Part shown: positions 46,398 through 54,909 of the stretch, one piece after another | Numbering within the stretch: the first letter of the stretch is position 1 | Layout of the letters: each line of letters begins with the position of its first letter | Virus record (IMG/VR): IMGVR_UViG_3300001199_000004 | DNA: 64,000 nucleotides | Origin: a virus | Direction: 5' to 3' (one strand) | Notes under the pieces: model-generated | Told to the model about the DNA's origin: nothing | The model's database searches: none | What the model saw: only the letters and a program-made list of their open reading frames with translations | Program-made: the position numbers and the translations under genes

Positions 46398-46702
46398 TTT
46401 TTATACCAAGGCTTTGCATTAGGACTAAAATCATTCGGATTAAGTTCTTCCTCAAACTCTTCCGATACCTTTAACCATAAGGTAGACATATCACTCTCGT
46501 TATTCGCACATACAATGCGAGAACGATATGTCTCTACCTCACTTAAACACAATGAGACTGGCATCTTACGTAAACCTTCATCGCCCAGTTCAGCGTGTAA
46601 TCGCTGCATAAGTAACAATAAGCCCAAACCAGTCAAACCTTCCGAATCCTCAATCGTAAGGATCTTCTCGCCACCATTAAATGATTCAACCACAGTGCCC
46701 AT
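46394..46702 (-). CDS. hypothetical protein
   Basis: AGGAG RBS after motif. Confidence 0.7.
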   Translation of the reverse strand: MGTVVESFNGGEKILTIEDSEGLTGLGLLLLMQRLHAELGDEGLRKMPVSLCLSEVETYRSRIVCANNESDMSTLWLKVSEEFEEELNPNDFSPNAKPWYKK

Positions 46703-46807
46703 TGTTATCTCCTGTTATCCTTTAAGGTACAATTAAATGATTACTCTTCCAATCCCTCAAAATAACCGTCAACCTACCCACGATATAAGTATGGAATCAT
46801 AAAGGAC

Positions 46808-47263
46808 TTACGCCGATTTTAACTCTTTTTGAGCCTTATGCCAGTCTTCCAGCAACCATGCAGGAATTTCCGAAGCAGGAGTGTAATACATATGCTTTGC
46901 TACCTCATACTTCATCCAAGGATCTTCACACATCCCCTTAATCACATCCCAGGAAATATTCTTCCACTCTGGGTTGTCTTCTTCAGAAGCCAATGAATAT
47001 AAATCGCCAGGAACCCACTTGTTCTCGTCGTCATAGTCCCCAGTACATACAATCCTATCGCCAGCCCAATGACCTACCATAGAAGAGGAACTTCGCAAAT
47101 CTCCACCACCACGACCATTACCAGATGATAACAACATTGCCAATCCTGTCATCATCCCACATCCATTACTACCAAATTCCTTCAACTTAGCTCCATCTCC
47201 AAATGTATGGGGCTTAATATATTCCTTCTTGTCCAAATTTACTAACTTATAATACTGACCCAT
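46808..47263 (-). CDS. conserved hypothetical protein (MGQYY..VNLDKKE...G.WAGDRIV type)
   Basis: Signature motif; GGAGG RBS. Confidence 0.85.
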   Translation of the reverse strand: MGQYYKLVNLDKKEYIKPHTFGDGAKLKEFGSNGCGMMTGLAMLLSSGNGRGGGDLRSSSSMVGHWAGDRIVCTGDYDDENKWVPGDLYSLASEEDNPEWKNISWDVIKGMCEDPWMKYEVAKHMYYTPASEIPAWLLEDWHKAQKELKSA

Positions 47264-47434
47264 CCCAAACCTCCAAATTTGAATTGTAACGAATTTCTAA
47301 AAAAGATGAATATGATATCAAGTTTTAATTTAGAACGCTTGTATGACCCCTATAGGAATTTATAGGGGCTTTTATTATGTTTTTAAATGACTTCAATGGT
47401 CAATTTAATTGTTCAACCATTCTCTAAGGTACAA

Positions 47435-48118
47435 TCAAATGGCTACCGTCAATCCCTCAAGATGCTCCTGGTATCGATCCCAAAGAGTAAAAAAATGCTC
47501 CTGAAATTTACTTGTTGTCCATCCCAAACGTGTCAAACATTCAAAATTATGCTTCAACAAACCTAACTGCTGCACAGTTAAACAATTGAAATCCATAAGC
47601 CGCAAATTTGCTGCTATCGTTGCCGCGAATGATAAATTGTTTTCTAATGTTCCAATAATGTCCGATAAACGTAAAGCCTTACCACCACACAACTTAGCTA
47701 TCTTTCTGGCTGTTTCCCTTTTAAGGAACTTGGTCGCATGCATATGGTAATTACCTTTGTTGACGTATCTTCGTTCACCAATGACATGATTATTGAATTT
47801 AATTAATTCCAGGTTTTTTTGTGCTACTACCCACCCTTCATGATTAGGAGCCCAACCAATAATGAAATCACCATCCCCATTCGTGTCATAAGCATAAATA
47901 GCCCCTAATGCTTGGGCACTTGAGGACATTATATCATAAAGATAATCAGTCCTAACATCCTTGAGAATTTCTTTATACTTCTTCTCAGGATGAAAATGAA
48001 AAGTATTCCTAAAGGAACTTTTACTGAATAAAGCTATTTTTTCCTTGCCACTCATTATCCAGTGGTTGGAATACTCATCCCAGGGAGTTTTGCTTTCACA
48101 TGTAATTACCATATGCAC
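47435..48118 (-). CDS. hypothetical protein (start probably 48112)
   Basis: First gene of the leftward block; follows the motif at 48119. Confidence 0.75.
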   Translation of the reverse strand: MHMVITCESKTPWDEYSNHWIMSGKEKIALFSKSSFRNTFHFHPEKKYKEILKDVRTDYLYDIMSSSAQALGAIYAYDTNGDGDFIIGWAPNHEGWVVAQKNLELIKFNNHVIGERRYVNKGNYHMHATKFLKRETARKIAKLCGGKALRLSDIIGTLENNLSFAATIAANLRLMDFNCLTVQQLGLLKHNFECLTRLGWTTSKFQEHFFTLWDRYQEHLEGLTVAI

Positions 48119-48119
48119 C

Positions 48120-49020
48120 TAAGGTACAATCAAATCATTATCAGAATTTATTGGATCTTTGTCCTAAATTTGTCCCAATCTAAACCGTGTTCTTGTCCTA
48201 ACTCGTTATAAGACAAGTCCTTAGGTGTTTTTGAAATTCCACTAAGGTACAATCAAATGATCCTTTGTGTTTTTTTTATCGTTAATGTACAATGAAATCA
48301 TTATTTGTAAAGATAAAAATTATTTTCTACCATTTAAGTGTACCTTAGTGACCAGATGACCTCCATTTTGTTTATTTTATCCATTTTAACATAAAATAAA
48401 TGATGGGGTTATTTTAGGATTTGTCCTTAGGGCACTATAAAGATATTTTAAGTCGCTTTTTAGGTCGATTTAGAAGTTTCTTTATAATTGCCTTCACTAA
48501 TCAAAAAAGGACGTTCACTAAACAAATAACATAAAAAGATTGGATAAAGGGGCAAATTGGGGAAGATTGGGGCGAAATGGGGGCGAAATGGGGGCGGGCT
48601 AGGCCCTTCACATGTCAAAATTCCTATTTTGGTCCTATTTAAGTCCTAAGCAATTTTGATTTACCTAAGTCTATATGTCCACGGCACTTACGAAAATTGA
48701 TTAAAAAGCGGCATTTTAAGTGGTCCTCAACTGGTGATTTATTGAAATTTTGGGATGGATCTTATTGAGAGTTTGAAAGATGTGGTAGAATGTTCCCTGA
48801 TTGTATTTTAAAAAATCGGTTCACAAGCTGGTTTGTTGGTCCTTCACTAACTGGTGGTGGGAAAGGCTTCACAAATGGGGTCTGGTGCTGTTCACTAACT
48901 GGATTGGTTTATTTTGTTTTTGTGGAGTTTGTTTGTGGTTTGTTTGTTTTAAGACACAAAAAGCTTTAGAGCTATATCCTTAGGTGTTTTTTGGTTTGGA
49001 GCTATATCCTCGGGCTATAT
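48120..49020. other. divergent non-coding zone; candidate replication origin / control region
   Basis: Gene orientation switch; leftward motifs (48119, 48242) and a rightward motif (48331-48348); G-run repeat 48549-48598; TTCAC(T/A)A and GAGCTATAT repeats; visible skew flip. Confidence 0.5.
48549..48598 (+). repeat. tandem G-run repeat (GGGG-N5-6)x5
   Basis: GGGGCAAATTGGGGAAGATTGGGGCGAAATGGGGGCGAAATGGGGGCGGG. Confidence 0.8.
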
Positions 49021-49027
49021 TTTCAAG

Positions 49028-49301
49028 ATGAATGGTCACAAGGCATTAAAACCTGAATTTTTTAATGATGTGTATCGAGGTTGTTATTGTCCTGGCTGGC
49101 ATTGGGTATTAACTAAAGTATCTGGTGAGATATATCTTTACATTTATCGTAAGACGGTGATGGAGAGGTAATTATCGGAAGCTTTGTTCTGGGGATATTA
49201 TTTATGATCAATATTATGGTCCTTCTCATTGGGCGGTAGTGGCTGGTTATTTAAGTTTATTGCCTGATACTCGCAGTATAGATTCGGAGTGGGAAGTATG
49301 A
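49028..49301 (+). pseudogene. frameshifted paralog of 49733-50062 with C-terminal RSIDSEW
   Basis: First frame ...GCYCPGWHWVLTKV...; second frame SGDIIYDQYYGPSHWAV...TRSIDSEWEV*. Confidence 0.7.
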
Positions 49302-49457
49302 ATTGGTCAACTAAAATAACGCCTTTAGGTTTTACGCCGCATAAATTTACGGTAACTGGTTGGCATGAGGAAGAATTGATTTTTTATTTAAGAGCAGAAA
49401 GGGCCTGGAACGGTTCGGCAAGCTGCTGGTGGTCCTTATAAAACCATTAGTGGCGAG

Positions 49458-49736
49458 TTGATTTCTGGTGATTTGGAAATAATAGATGATTATTTTAGTT
49501 GGAACGTGATAACTCCTTATTGGCATTTATTCTGCAACGGTAGTTGGCAAAAGGATTCTGGCCCAGCAATTGACCACATTTATTCTTCCTATGAGTCAGC
49601 ATTAGAAGCATTGGAGCGTTCACGGGAGGCGATTAAGATGATCCCTAATAGATTTCCTGATTACGAGTTTCATTTAGCCTGTGCGAAGTTACCGTTGAAT
49701 TGTTCTGAGTTTGAGAGTGAGCATATTATTCCATGA
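49458..49736 (+). CDS. hypothetical protein (possibly frameshift-joined to a short ORF from 49298)
   Basis: ORF track; ATGA coupling to the next gene. Confidence 0.55.
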   Translation: MISGDLEIIDDYFSWNVITPYWHLFCNGSWQKDSGPAIDHIYSSYESALEALERSREAIKMIPNRFPDYEFHLACAKLPLNCSEFESEHIIP

Positions 49737-50062
49737 ATCGTGAAGTAGCTGATTTGATAGCATGGCGTGATTCTCAAGGTTTATCATCAAATAACTTATT
49801 GGTTGGTAGGCTTTTGAATGACAATTTTTATTTACCTGGATGTAACTGGAAAATGACGAAGGTATTGTGTCATCAAGCTACATTTAATATTGTTTTGAAG
49901 CATGGAAATAACAATAAAGAGATGGAGATAGTGGAATACCAGACATTTAATTCTGGCGACATTATTAAAAATCAATATTTTGGTGCATTGCATTGGGCGG
50001 TAAAGGGTGGAGTTATTGTGCCTTATTTGGAAAGAACAATAGATTCAGAATGGGATTATTAA
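49733..50062 (+). CDS. hypothetical protein with C-terminal RTIDSEW motif
   Basis: Ends ...LERTIDSEWDY*. Confidence 0.75.
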   Translation: MNREVADLIAWRDSQGLSSNNLLVGRLLNDNFYLPGCNWKMTKVLCHQATFNIVLKHGNNNKEMEIVEYQTFNSGDIIKNQYFGALHWAVKGGVIVPYLERTIDSEWDY

Positions 50063-50063
50063 A

Positions 50064-50651
50064 ATGGGCATTGTAGAAAAGACTTCTGCATGGTGGTATA
50101 GTGTATTGCGGGATGGTTCTAAACTAGAGAAGTGGCTTATTCGTTTATATCAGAACGAATTTGATGCTTATTATAGGTTTAATGATTTTGCGAACAAATA
50201 TTGTGTGTTTGAGGACGAGCATTGGTATTTGTTTAAGTTTTTAGCAGAGCAAGAACTTAGACATGCTCATATGGTCTTATCATTGATTAAACTTCGGGGA
50301 ATTAACGATAAATTACCTATTAATTTATTTACAGGTAATTCTCCAGAGCGATATTGGGATTGTGTCTTGCCATGTATAGTGGATTTGTCCACTGCTGCTG
50401 GTGTGGGAGCCTTGGCAGAGGGATTATCCTTAGAGAGAATGCGGGTGATTATATCAGATCCAGACACACCTAAAGACATTCGGGCATTATTTGAGGCAAT
50501 CGAGCCTGATGAAGGGGTTCATGCGAAGGTATTGGGGGTATTGGCGGGGCGTCATGGAATATCTTCTGTAATAGATTGTCACAGTGCTGGATTAGAGGCA
50601 TTAGGATTGAAGTTAAAAGCGGACAAGAAAGCGGACATTGTGTCCGAATAG
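50064..50651 (+). CDS. ferritin-like superfamily (di-iron four-helix bundle) protein
   Basis: E...ELRH and E...DEGVH paired ExxH motifs. Confidence 0.8.
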   Translation: MGIVEKTSAWWYSVLRDGSKLEKWLIRLYQNEFDAYYRFNDFANKYCVFEDEHWYLFKFLAEQELRHAHMVLSLIKLRGINDKLPINLFTGNSPERYWDCVLPCIVDLSTAAGVGALAEGLSLERMRVIISDPDTPKDIRALFEAIEPDEGVHAKVLGVLAGRHGISSVIDCHSAGLEALGLKLKADKKADIVSE

Positions 50652-50678
50652 TGGTTAATTGGTTTTAATTTGTTTTAA

Positions 50679-51323
50679 TTGGGACATTTAATGAATGCAT
50701 ATCAAGAGAAGTTGGTTCGTGGTTCTGAGAAGATGGGTACTAAACGTATTGTTTTACGATTGGTATCTTTATGTTTATTTCCTGTATTATTAATTGTGGG
50801 TTATTGTTATTCTTTTTCGATGAGTGTGATGGCTCATGGCTGGTTAGATTTATGGATGGCATTTTATTTATTGGGGAATATTTTGAATGGTGGATATTTA
50901 GTATGTTTATCATTATTATGTCGATTGGTATTTTGGTTAACGGATAAACTGACTCCGATTTTGAATGAATTTGTAACTACGAGTTATTCAGAGAGTAAGT
51001 TAGAGGCTCAAAAGCATATAACGAAGATACGCTATTATGTGAATGCGATGTTGGTGAAATTTCTTCGGGCGGGTTGTTTGGGTAAGAGTCCTGTATTGTT
51101 TTTATTGGACCAGATGAGTTATTTGTTATTATTTTTGGTATTGGTATCAGTGGGATATGTATGGACTGGAGTATTTTACGGATTATCATGTGGATTATGT
51201 TTATTTAGTATATCATCATTTAAGGGGATGATTTATGCGAATGTGTATCGTTTAGAGGATACCTTGGGTGGAGAAGAGAATTTGGATGATTTATCGGACC
51301 AATTATTTCATGGTGGCCGATGA
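50679..51323 (+). CDS. multi-pass membrane protein
   Basis: About four hydrophobic helices. Confidence 0.75.
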   Translation: MGHLMNAYQEKLVRGSEKMGTKRIVLRLVSLCLFPVLLIVGYCYSFSMSVMAHGWLDLWMAFYLLGNILNGGYLVCLSLLCRLVFWLTDKLTPILNEFVTTSYSESKLEAQKHITKIRYYVNAMLVKFLRAGCLGKSPVLFLLDQMSYLLLFLVLVSVGYVWTGVFYGLSCGLCLFSISSFKGMIYANVYRLEDTLGGEENLDDLSDQLFHGGR

Positions 51324-51589
51324 CGAATTATTCTGATACACGATGTTGGGATTGTGGTAGGGAGACGAGTCATTTGAAGACAGATTTTGGCGAATGGTAT
51401 ATGGTCTGGGATTCTGTATGGCGTTTGGCTGACGGTAATTCAGTAGATTTTTTATGTATAGGTTGTTTGGAGGCTCGTTTGGGTCGGAAGTTAGTTCCAT
51501 TGGATTTTAATGATGCTCCATTAAATCGTATGAGGGGTTATGGCCGTTCTTTACGGTTACGGTTAAGAACGGGGCTGGATTATGAATAA
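51320..51589 (+). CDS. Zn-binding phage protein
   Basis: CWDCG...YMV.D.VW...LCIGCLE.RLGR.L...DF. Confidence 0.8.
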   Translation: MTNYSDTRCWDCGRETSHLKTDFGEWYMVWDSVWRLADGNSVDFLCIGCLEARLGRKLVPLDFNDAPLNRMRGYGRSLRLRLRTGLDYE

Positions 51590-51881
51590 GGGCAAACGGG
51601 GTCATCACAGGACGACGGACAAGGTATTGGAGCGGTCGTTATTATGGTTAGAGGGTTTGTCGATAGTATCTAAGGTGGTGATTCATCGGGTGGAGAATTG
51701 TCGTCACAAGTATGCTCCTGGTAGGTTGAGGGTAAGGCGGGTATCTGTTGGTGGATTGATGATCTCTGGTTATATGGGTAGGGGAATAGCGGATATCTTT
51801 GTGCATATGTCCTTATCGGACTTAGATTCATTTAATAAGTTGATGGAGAAGCGGGGCCATGAGACATTATCGGTCGATTGA
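51582..51881 (+). CDS. basic hypothetical protein
   Basis: Overlap-coupled on both sides. Confidence 0.7.
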   Translation: MNKGKRGHHRTTDKVLERSLLWLEGLSIVSKVVIHRVENCRHKYAPGRLRVRRVSVGGLMISGYMGRGIADIFVHMSLSDLDSFNKLMEKRGHETLSVD

Positions 51882-52284
51882 CACTTTCTGGGAGGAAGAT
51901 GAGGTAATTCATTTGGGAGAGGGAGAATTGGGTAATTACCGATTAATATTGAATGGGGTGGAGAAATTATTAATTAGTGGAGAGTGTGGTACAGATTTAG
52001 TTTTTGGTTATTTATCATCTATTAATTTTAGTGGTAAGGTTTCTTTGAGTTATGCGGATTCTGAACATTTGGCATATGACTATGTGTTAAGAGATGGTTT
52101 ATTGCATAATTTGAATGGTCCTGCGAAGGTTTGGCATTCTGAGGGAATTAAAGACAGTAAAGGAAGAAGCTATTCTTTTTGTTCATATTATAGGCATGGT
52201 AAACCATGGTATTGTATTTTAATCAAGAACAAACGTTACTATTATGGTCATCACTATAAATTAGTGAATGGTTTAGCGGCATGA
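51859..52284 (+). CDS. RSIDxxW-tag protein with LHxxxGPA repeat
   Basis: YRSIDTFWEEDE; GLLHNLNGPA; GKPWYC. Confidence 0.8.
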   Translation: MRHYRSIDTFWEEDEVIHLGEGELGNYRLILNGVEKLLISGECGTDLVFGYLSSINFSGKVSLSYADSEHLAYDYVLRDGLLHNLNGPAKVWHSEGIKDSKGRSYSFCSYYRHGKPWYCILIKNKRYYYGHHYKLVNGLAA

Positions 52285-52745
52285 AATATCGTTCTATAGA
52301 CACGGATTGGGAAGATGATGAAGTGATTGTTTTTGGCAATCCTGATAATGCCAAAGAGACAATTACTTATATTTTGAGGTTAAATGGTAGTAAACCTAAA
52401 AAGTTAATTTGTCATTTTGAGGCATTGGGTCCACACTTATTTGATGACACTTTTGATTATGTAGGTTTTTTTGAGTTTAATAGTGCTTCGGCTTATTTTA
52501 GGTCCATTAATTTCACAGGTGAATACAGTTTAATTGCTAATTCTAGATATTATGAAGTATTTCACAAAGTAGTAGATGGTCGGCTGCATTGTTTAGATGG
52601 TCCTGCGTTGTATTACAGGACGATACATTCTTTAGAAAATACTGATTATGGTTTGGAGGACGAATATGCATTTTATAAAAATGGCAAACCTTGGTATTGT
52701 TTGGTGGTCGAAGGGTTGAAGAAGCATTGGCTCAAAGTATGCTGA
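52281..52745 (+). CDS. RSIDxxW-tag protein with LHxxxGPA repeat
   Basis: YRSIDTDWEDDE; GRLHCLDGPA; GKPWYC. Confidence 0.8.
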   Translation: MKYRSIDTDWEDDEVIVFGNPDNAKETITYILRLNGSKPKKLICHFEALGPHLFDDTFDYVGFFEFNSASAYFRSINFTGEYSLIANSRYYEVFHKVVDGRLHCLDGPALYYRTIHSLENTDYGLEDEYAFYKNGKPWYCLVVEGLKKHWLKVC

Positions 52746-52766
52746 CACGTATTTTAGAGGCTCATT

Positions 52767-53195
52767 ATGGCCAGCAAATATCGTTCTATAGATGTCCCTT
52801 GGGAGCATTCTGAGGTAATTTATATTGGTGATGATTCTTCTGATTATTCTATATTTTCATTAGAATTGAATGGAATTAAGAGTGTGGCGATAGTTTATGG
52901 GACAAATAATATCCCTGGTTATTTTGAATCTATTGGGTTTGATGGTGAGCTTTTGGTAAGGGGCAAGGTTAGTTTAAGTGTGTTCAAGTTTAATTCTGGA
53001 AGGCTGCATTGTTTAACAGGTCCAGCGATAGAGCAACAGAGGTTTGGTTATAGTGAATACAGTTGGTACAAACGAGGTAAGCCTTGGTATTGTTTGAAGA
53101 ATAAAGATGGTAGTCGCTATGGGCATTATCATTTAGGTCGTGGAAGGTGGGCATGGTTTGAGGGGGAATTGTGGGATAACACAGATATTTTCTAG
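52767..53195 (+). CDS. RSIDxxW-tag protein with LHxxxGPA repeat
   Basis: YRSIDVPWEHSE; GRLHCLTGPA; GKPWYC. Confidence 0.8.
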   Translation: MASKYRSIDVPWEHSEVIYIGDDSSDYSIFSLELNGIKSVAIVYGTNNIPGYFESIGFDGELLVRGKVSLSVFKFNSGRLHCLTGPAIEQQRFGYSEYSWYKRGKPWYCLKNKDGSRYGHYHLGRGRWAWFEGELWDNTDIF

Positions 53196-53200
53196 TTCTT

Positions 53201-53440
53201 GTGGAGAGGATGGTATTGATGATAAAGTATAAGATTAAGCAATTGGTATGGGAGCAGCTTAGTGAGACATGTTGGACGGTGGACACGATATTGGGGAACA
53301 TTACAGTATCTTGTTCTGATTCAACATGGTATTATCACATTAAGGGCAGTGCTGGTTCATGTGTGGATCAGACATCGGCATTTGCTTATGCAACTTCGTG
53401 GTATTATGGGAAGCTTAGGGAAGCATTGGAAGAAGTATGA
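53201..53440 (+). CDS. hypothetical protein (untagged insert in the array)
   Basis: ORF track; ATGA coupling. Confidence 0.65.
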   Translation: MERMVLMIKYKIKQLVWEQLSETCWTVDTILGNITVSCSDSTWYYHIKGSAGSCVDQTSAFAYATSWYYGKLREALEEV

Positions 53441-53901
53441 AACACAGGTCAATTGATGCTGGTTGGGACATAGATGAATCAGTTTTTATTTTTGATTTCT
53501 GTAGTGAGGGATATTTGTATTTTAATGGATTTAAAGTTTATGTTTATGGGGATAGAGGACGGTCATTTAGAGCCAATTTAATTAATAGTGATATTTTAGC
53601 ATTGGGTTATGGGGATGGTATTTATCGTTTTGAATATTTGACCAAAACAGTTGCAAGTAATCGTTATTGGAAAGTTGAATCTGGAAGGGTACAGTTGGGG
53701 GCATTTTATTATAATGATGGTTTTGAACATGGATCTCATTTTTATCATCATTATGTTGATTCTGGTGTGGCTATTATGTTTAAATTTAATAGTCAAGAAA
53801 TTATTGTCAACAGCGTTGTGCATCCATTAGATTCTCATTATTATGATATTGTTTCTGCATCTTTTCATGAATTTGTTGGTTATTCGTTGGAGGAAGTGTG
53901 A
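53437..53901 (+). CDS. RSIDxxW-tag protein
   Basis: HRSIDAGWDIDE; paralog of 53898 (IN.DIL.LG.GDG.YR). Confidence 0.8.
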   Translation: MKHRSIDAGWDIDESVFIFDFCSEGYLYFNGFKVYVYGDRGRSFRANLINSDILALGYGDGIYRFEYLTKTVASNRYWKVESGRVQLGAFYYNDGFEHGSHFYHHYVDSGVAIMFKFNSQEIIVNSVVHPLDSHYYDIVSASFHEFVGYSLEEV

Positions 53902-54404
53902 AATACAGGTCGATTGATGCTTGTTGGGGTTTGGATGAGACTATTAATCTTTCTAATGGTTTTTGTGGCAATGGATATTTGTACATTAATGGTCTTAAGA
54001 TAAAAATTTGTGGTGAGAAGAAGGGGATCAGAATATTTTTAATAAATGCAGATATTTTGTCATTAGGTTTTGGTGACGGGGTATATCGGTATCATACAGA
54101 TTGGAATTCTGGTGGTTATTATTGGAAGGTTGTAGATGGCAAGGTATGTTACTCTGGTTGTTTAGTGAAAGATGAAGTTCTTAATCATTTTGTGGCGATG
54201 TTTGAAGGTGGAAAGTACAATGTGATGTTAGATTTTACGGAGAGGAATAGACTGGGGTTGATAAACAATAAGGAGTTAGTTCCATTACAATTGTTGTTTT
54301 TTGGAACTAATGAATATACTAGATATTATTCGATTGTAAGTTCAGTTTTTCGTGAATTTTTTGGCTATTCAATAGAAGAAGAGTATGTATCAAACCCTTC
54401 GTAG
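53898..54404 (+). CDS. RSIDxxW-tag protein
   Basis: YRSIDACWGLDE. Confidence 0.8.
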   Translation: MKYRSIDACWGLDETINLSNGFCGNGYLYINGLKIKICGEKKGIRIFLINADILSLGFGDGVYRYHTDWNSGGYYWKVVDGKVCYSGCLVKDEVLNHFVAMFEGGKYNVMLDFTERNRLGLINNKELVPLQLLFFGTNEYTRYYSIVSSVFREFFGYSIEEEYVSNPS

Positions 54405-54909
54405 TATAGATGCGATTTGGGAGCAGGAACACGTTTATTTACCATGTTTTGATGGTTATGGTTTTTTATCTTGGACGGTTGACGAGCAAATTAACAGGGT
54501 TTATGTTTATGGCACAAGCAAAAAATATCAATATAGGACTTATTTGAATAGCCAAGATATTTTGAATTTACATTACGGCAATGGCAAATACTGTATGGTT
54601 TATGATAGTTTTGAGAAAAACCATGTGTCATTTTGGGAGATAAAAAACAATATAATGATTGATTCAAGTGCATTTTGGATAAAGAATGATTACTTTTGTT
54701 TTTCTCCTGACAACAACACTGATTGCAGTCAAACGATCCGCAACAAGAAAACGAATGATTTGATTAATGTTCGCATAGGTGAACATTATTTTGATATTAC
54801 CAAAGATTCCTTTAATGTTCATATAAAAGAATATTCATATTATCATAATTTGATTAGAGACGGGTTTAAGATGTTTACTGGATTTGATTATGAAAAATGT
54901 TTTGCGTAG
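54385..54909 (+). CDS. RSIDxxW-tag protein
   Basis: LRSIDAIWEQE. Confidence 0.8.
   Translation: MYQTLRSIDAIWEQEHVYLPCFDGYGFLSWTVDEQINRVYVYGTSKKYQYRTYLNSQDILNLHYGNGKYCMVYDSFEKNHVSFWEIKNNIMIDSSAFWIKNDYFCFSPDNNTDCSQTIRNKKTNDLINVRIGEHYFDITKDSFNVHIKEYSYYHNLIRDGFKMFTGFDYEKCFA

Larger units (their letters stand above)
91..48259 (-). promoter_or_regulatory. Dispersed array of ~100 copies of an 18-nt motif (plus strand TTAAGGTACA(A/G)T(T/C/G)AAATG); putative phage promoter with TACCTT -10-like hexamer
   Basis: Copies at e.g. 91, 630, 909, 1217, 1427, 1988, 2220 ... 46721, 47424, 48119, 48242, almost all at gene boundaries. TACCTT is followed by 7 nt then ATG for many genes (903, 1210, 1421, 3012, 3931, 6006, 6296, 11408, 16098, 36956). 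Confidence 0.85.

Noticed and set aside
222-46736. Plus-strand ORFs in the left block (e.g. 290-652, 2320-2745, 14890-15354, 30175-31245)
   Set aside because: Antisense shadows of well-supported minus-strand genes; many contain FKVQLN, the reverse translation of the motif.
91-48259. CRISPR array interpretation of the recurring 18-nt motif
   Set aside because: The repeat is short and degenerate, the intervals are about 100-1900 bp and contain ORFs or tRNAs, and there are no cas genes in the window.
91-48259. Classical integron attC cassette array
   Set aside because: No RYYYAAC...GTTRRRY inverted cores or long imperfect palindromes, and no integrase in the window. The fixed 7-nt distance to ATG fits a promoter better. 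A non-classical recombination role is kept as an open hypothesis.
48801-48983. 60-aa plus-strand ORF in the divergent zone
   Set aside because: TTG start, and made of the TTCACTAACTGG repeats and GT-rich low-complexity sequence.
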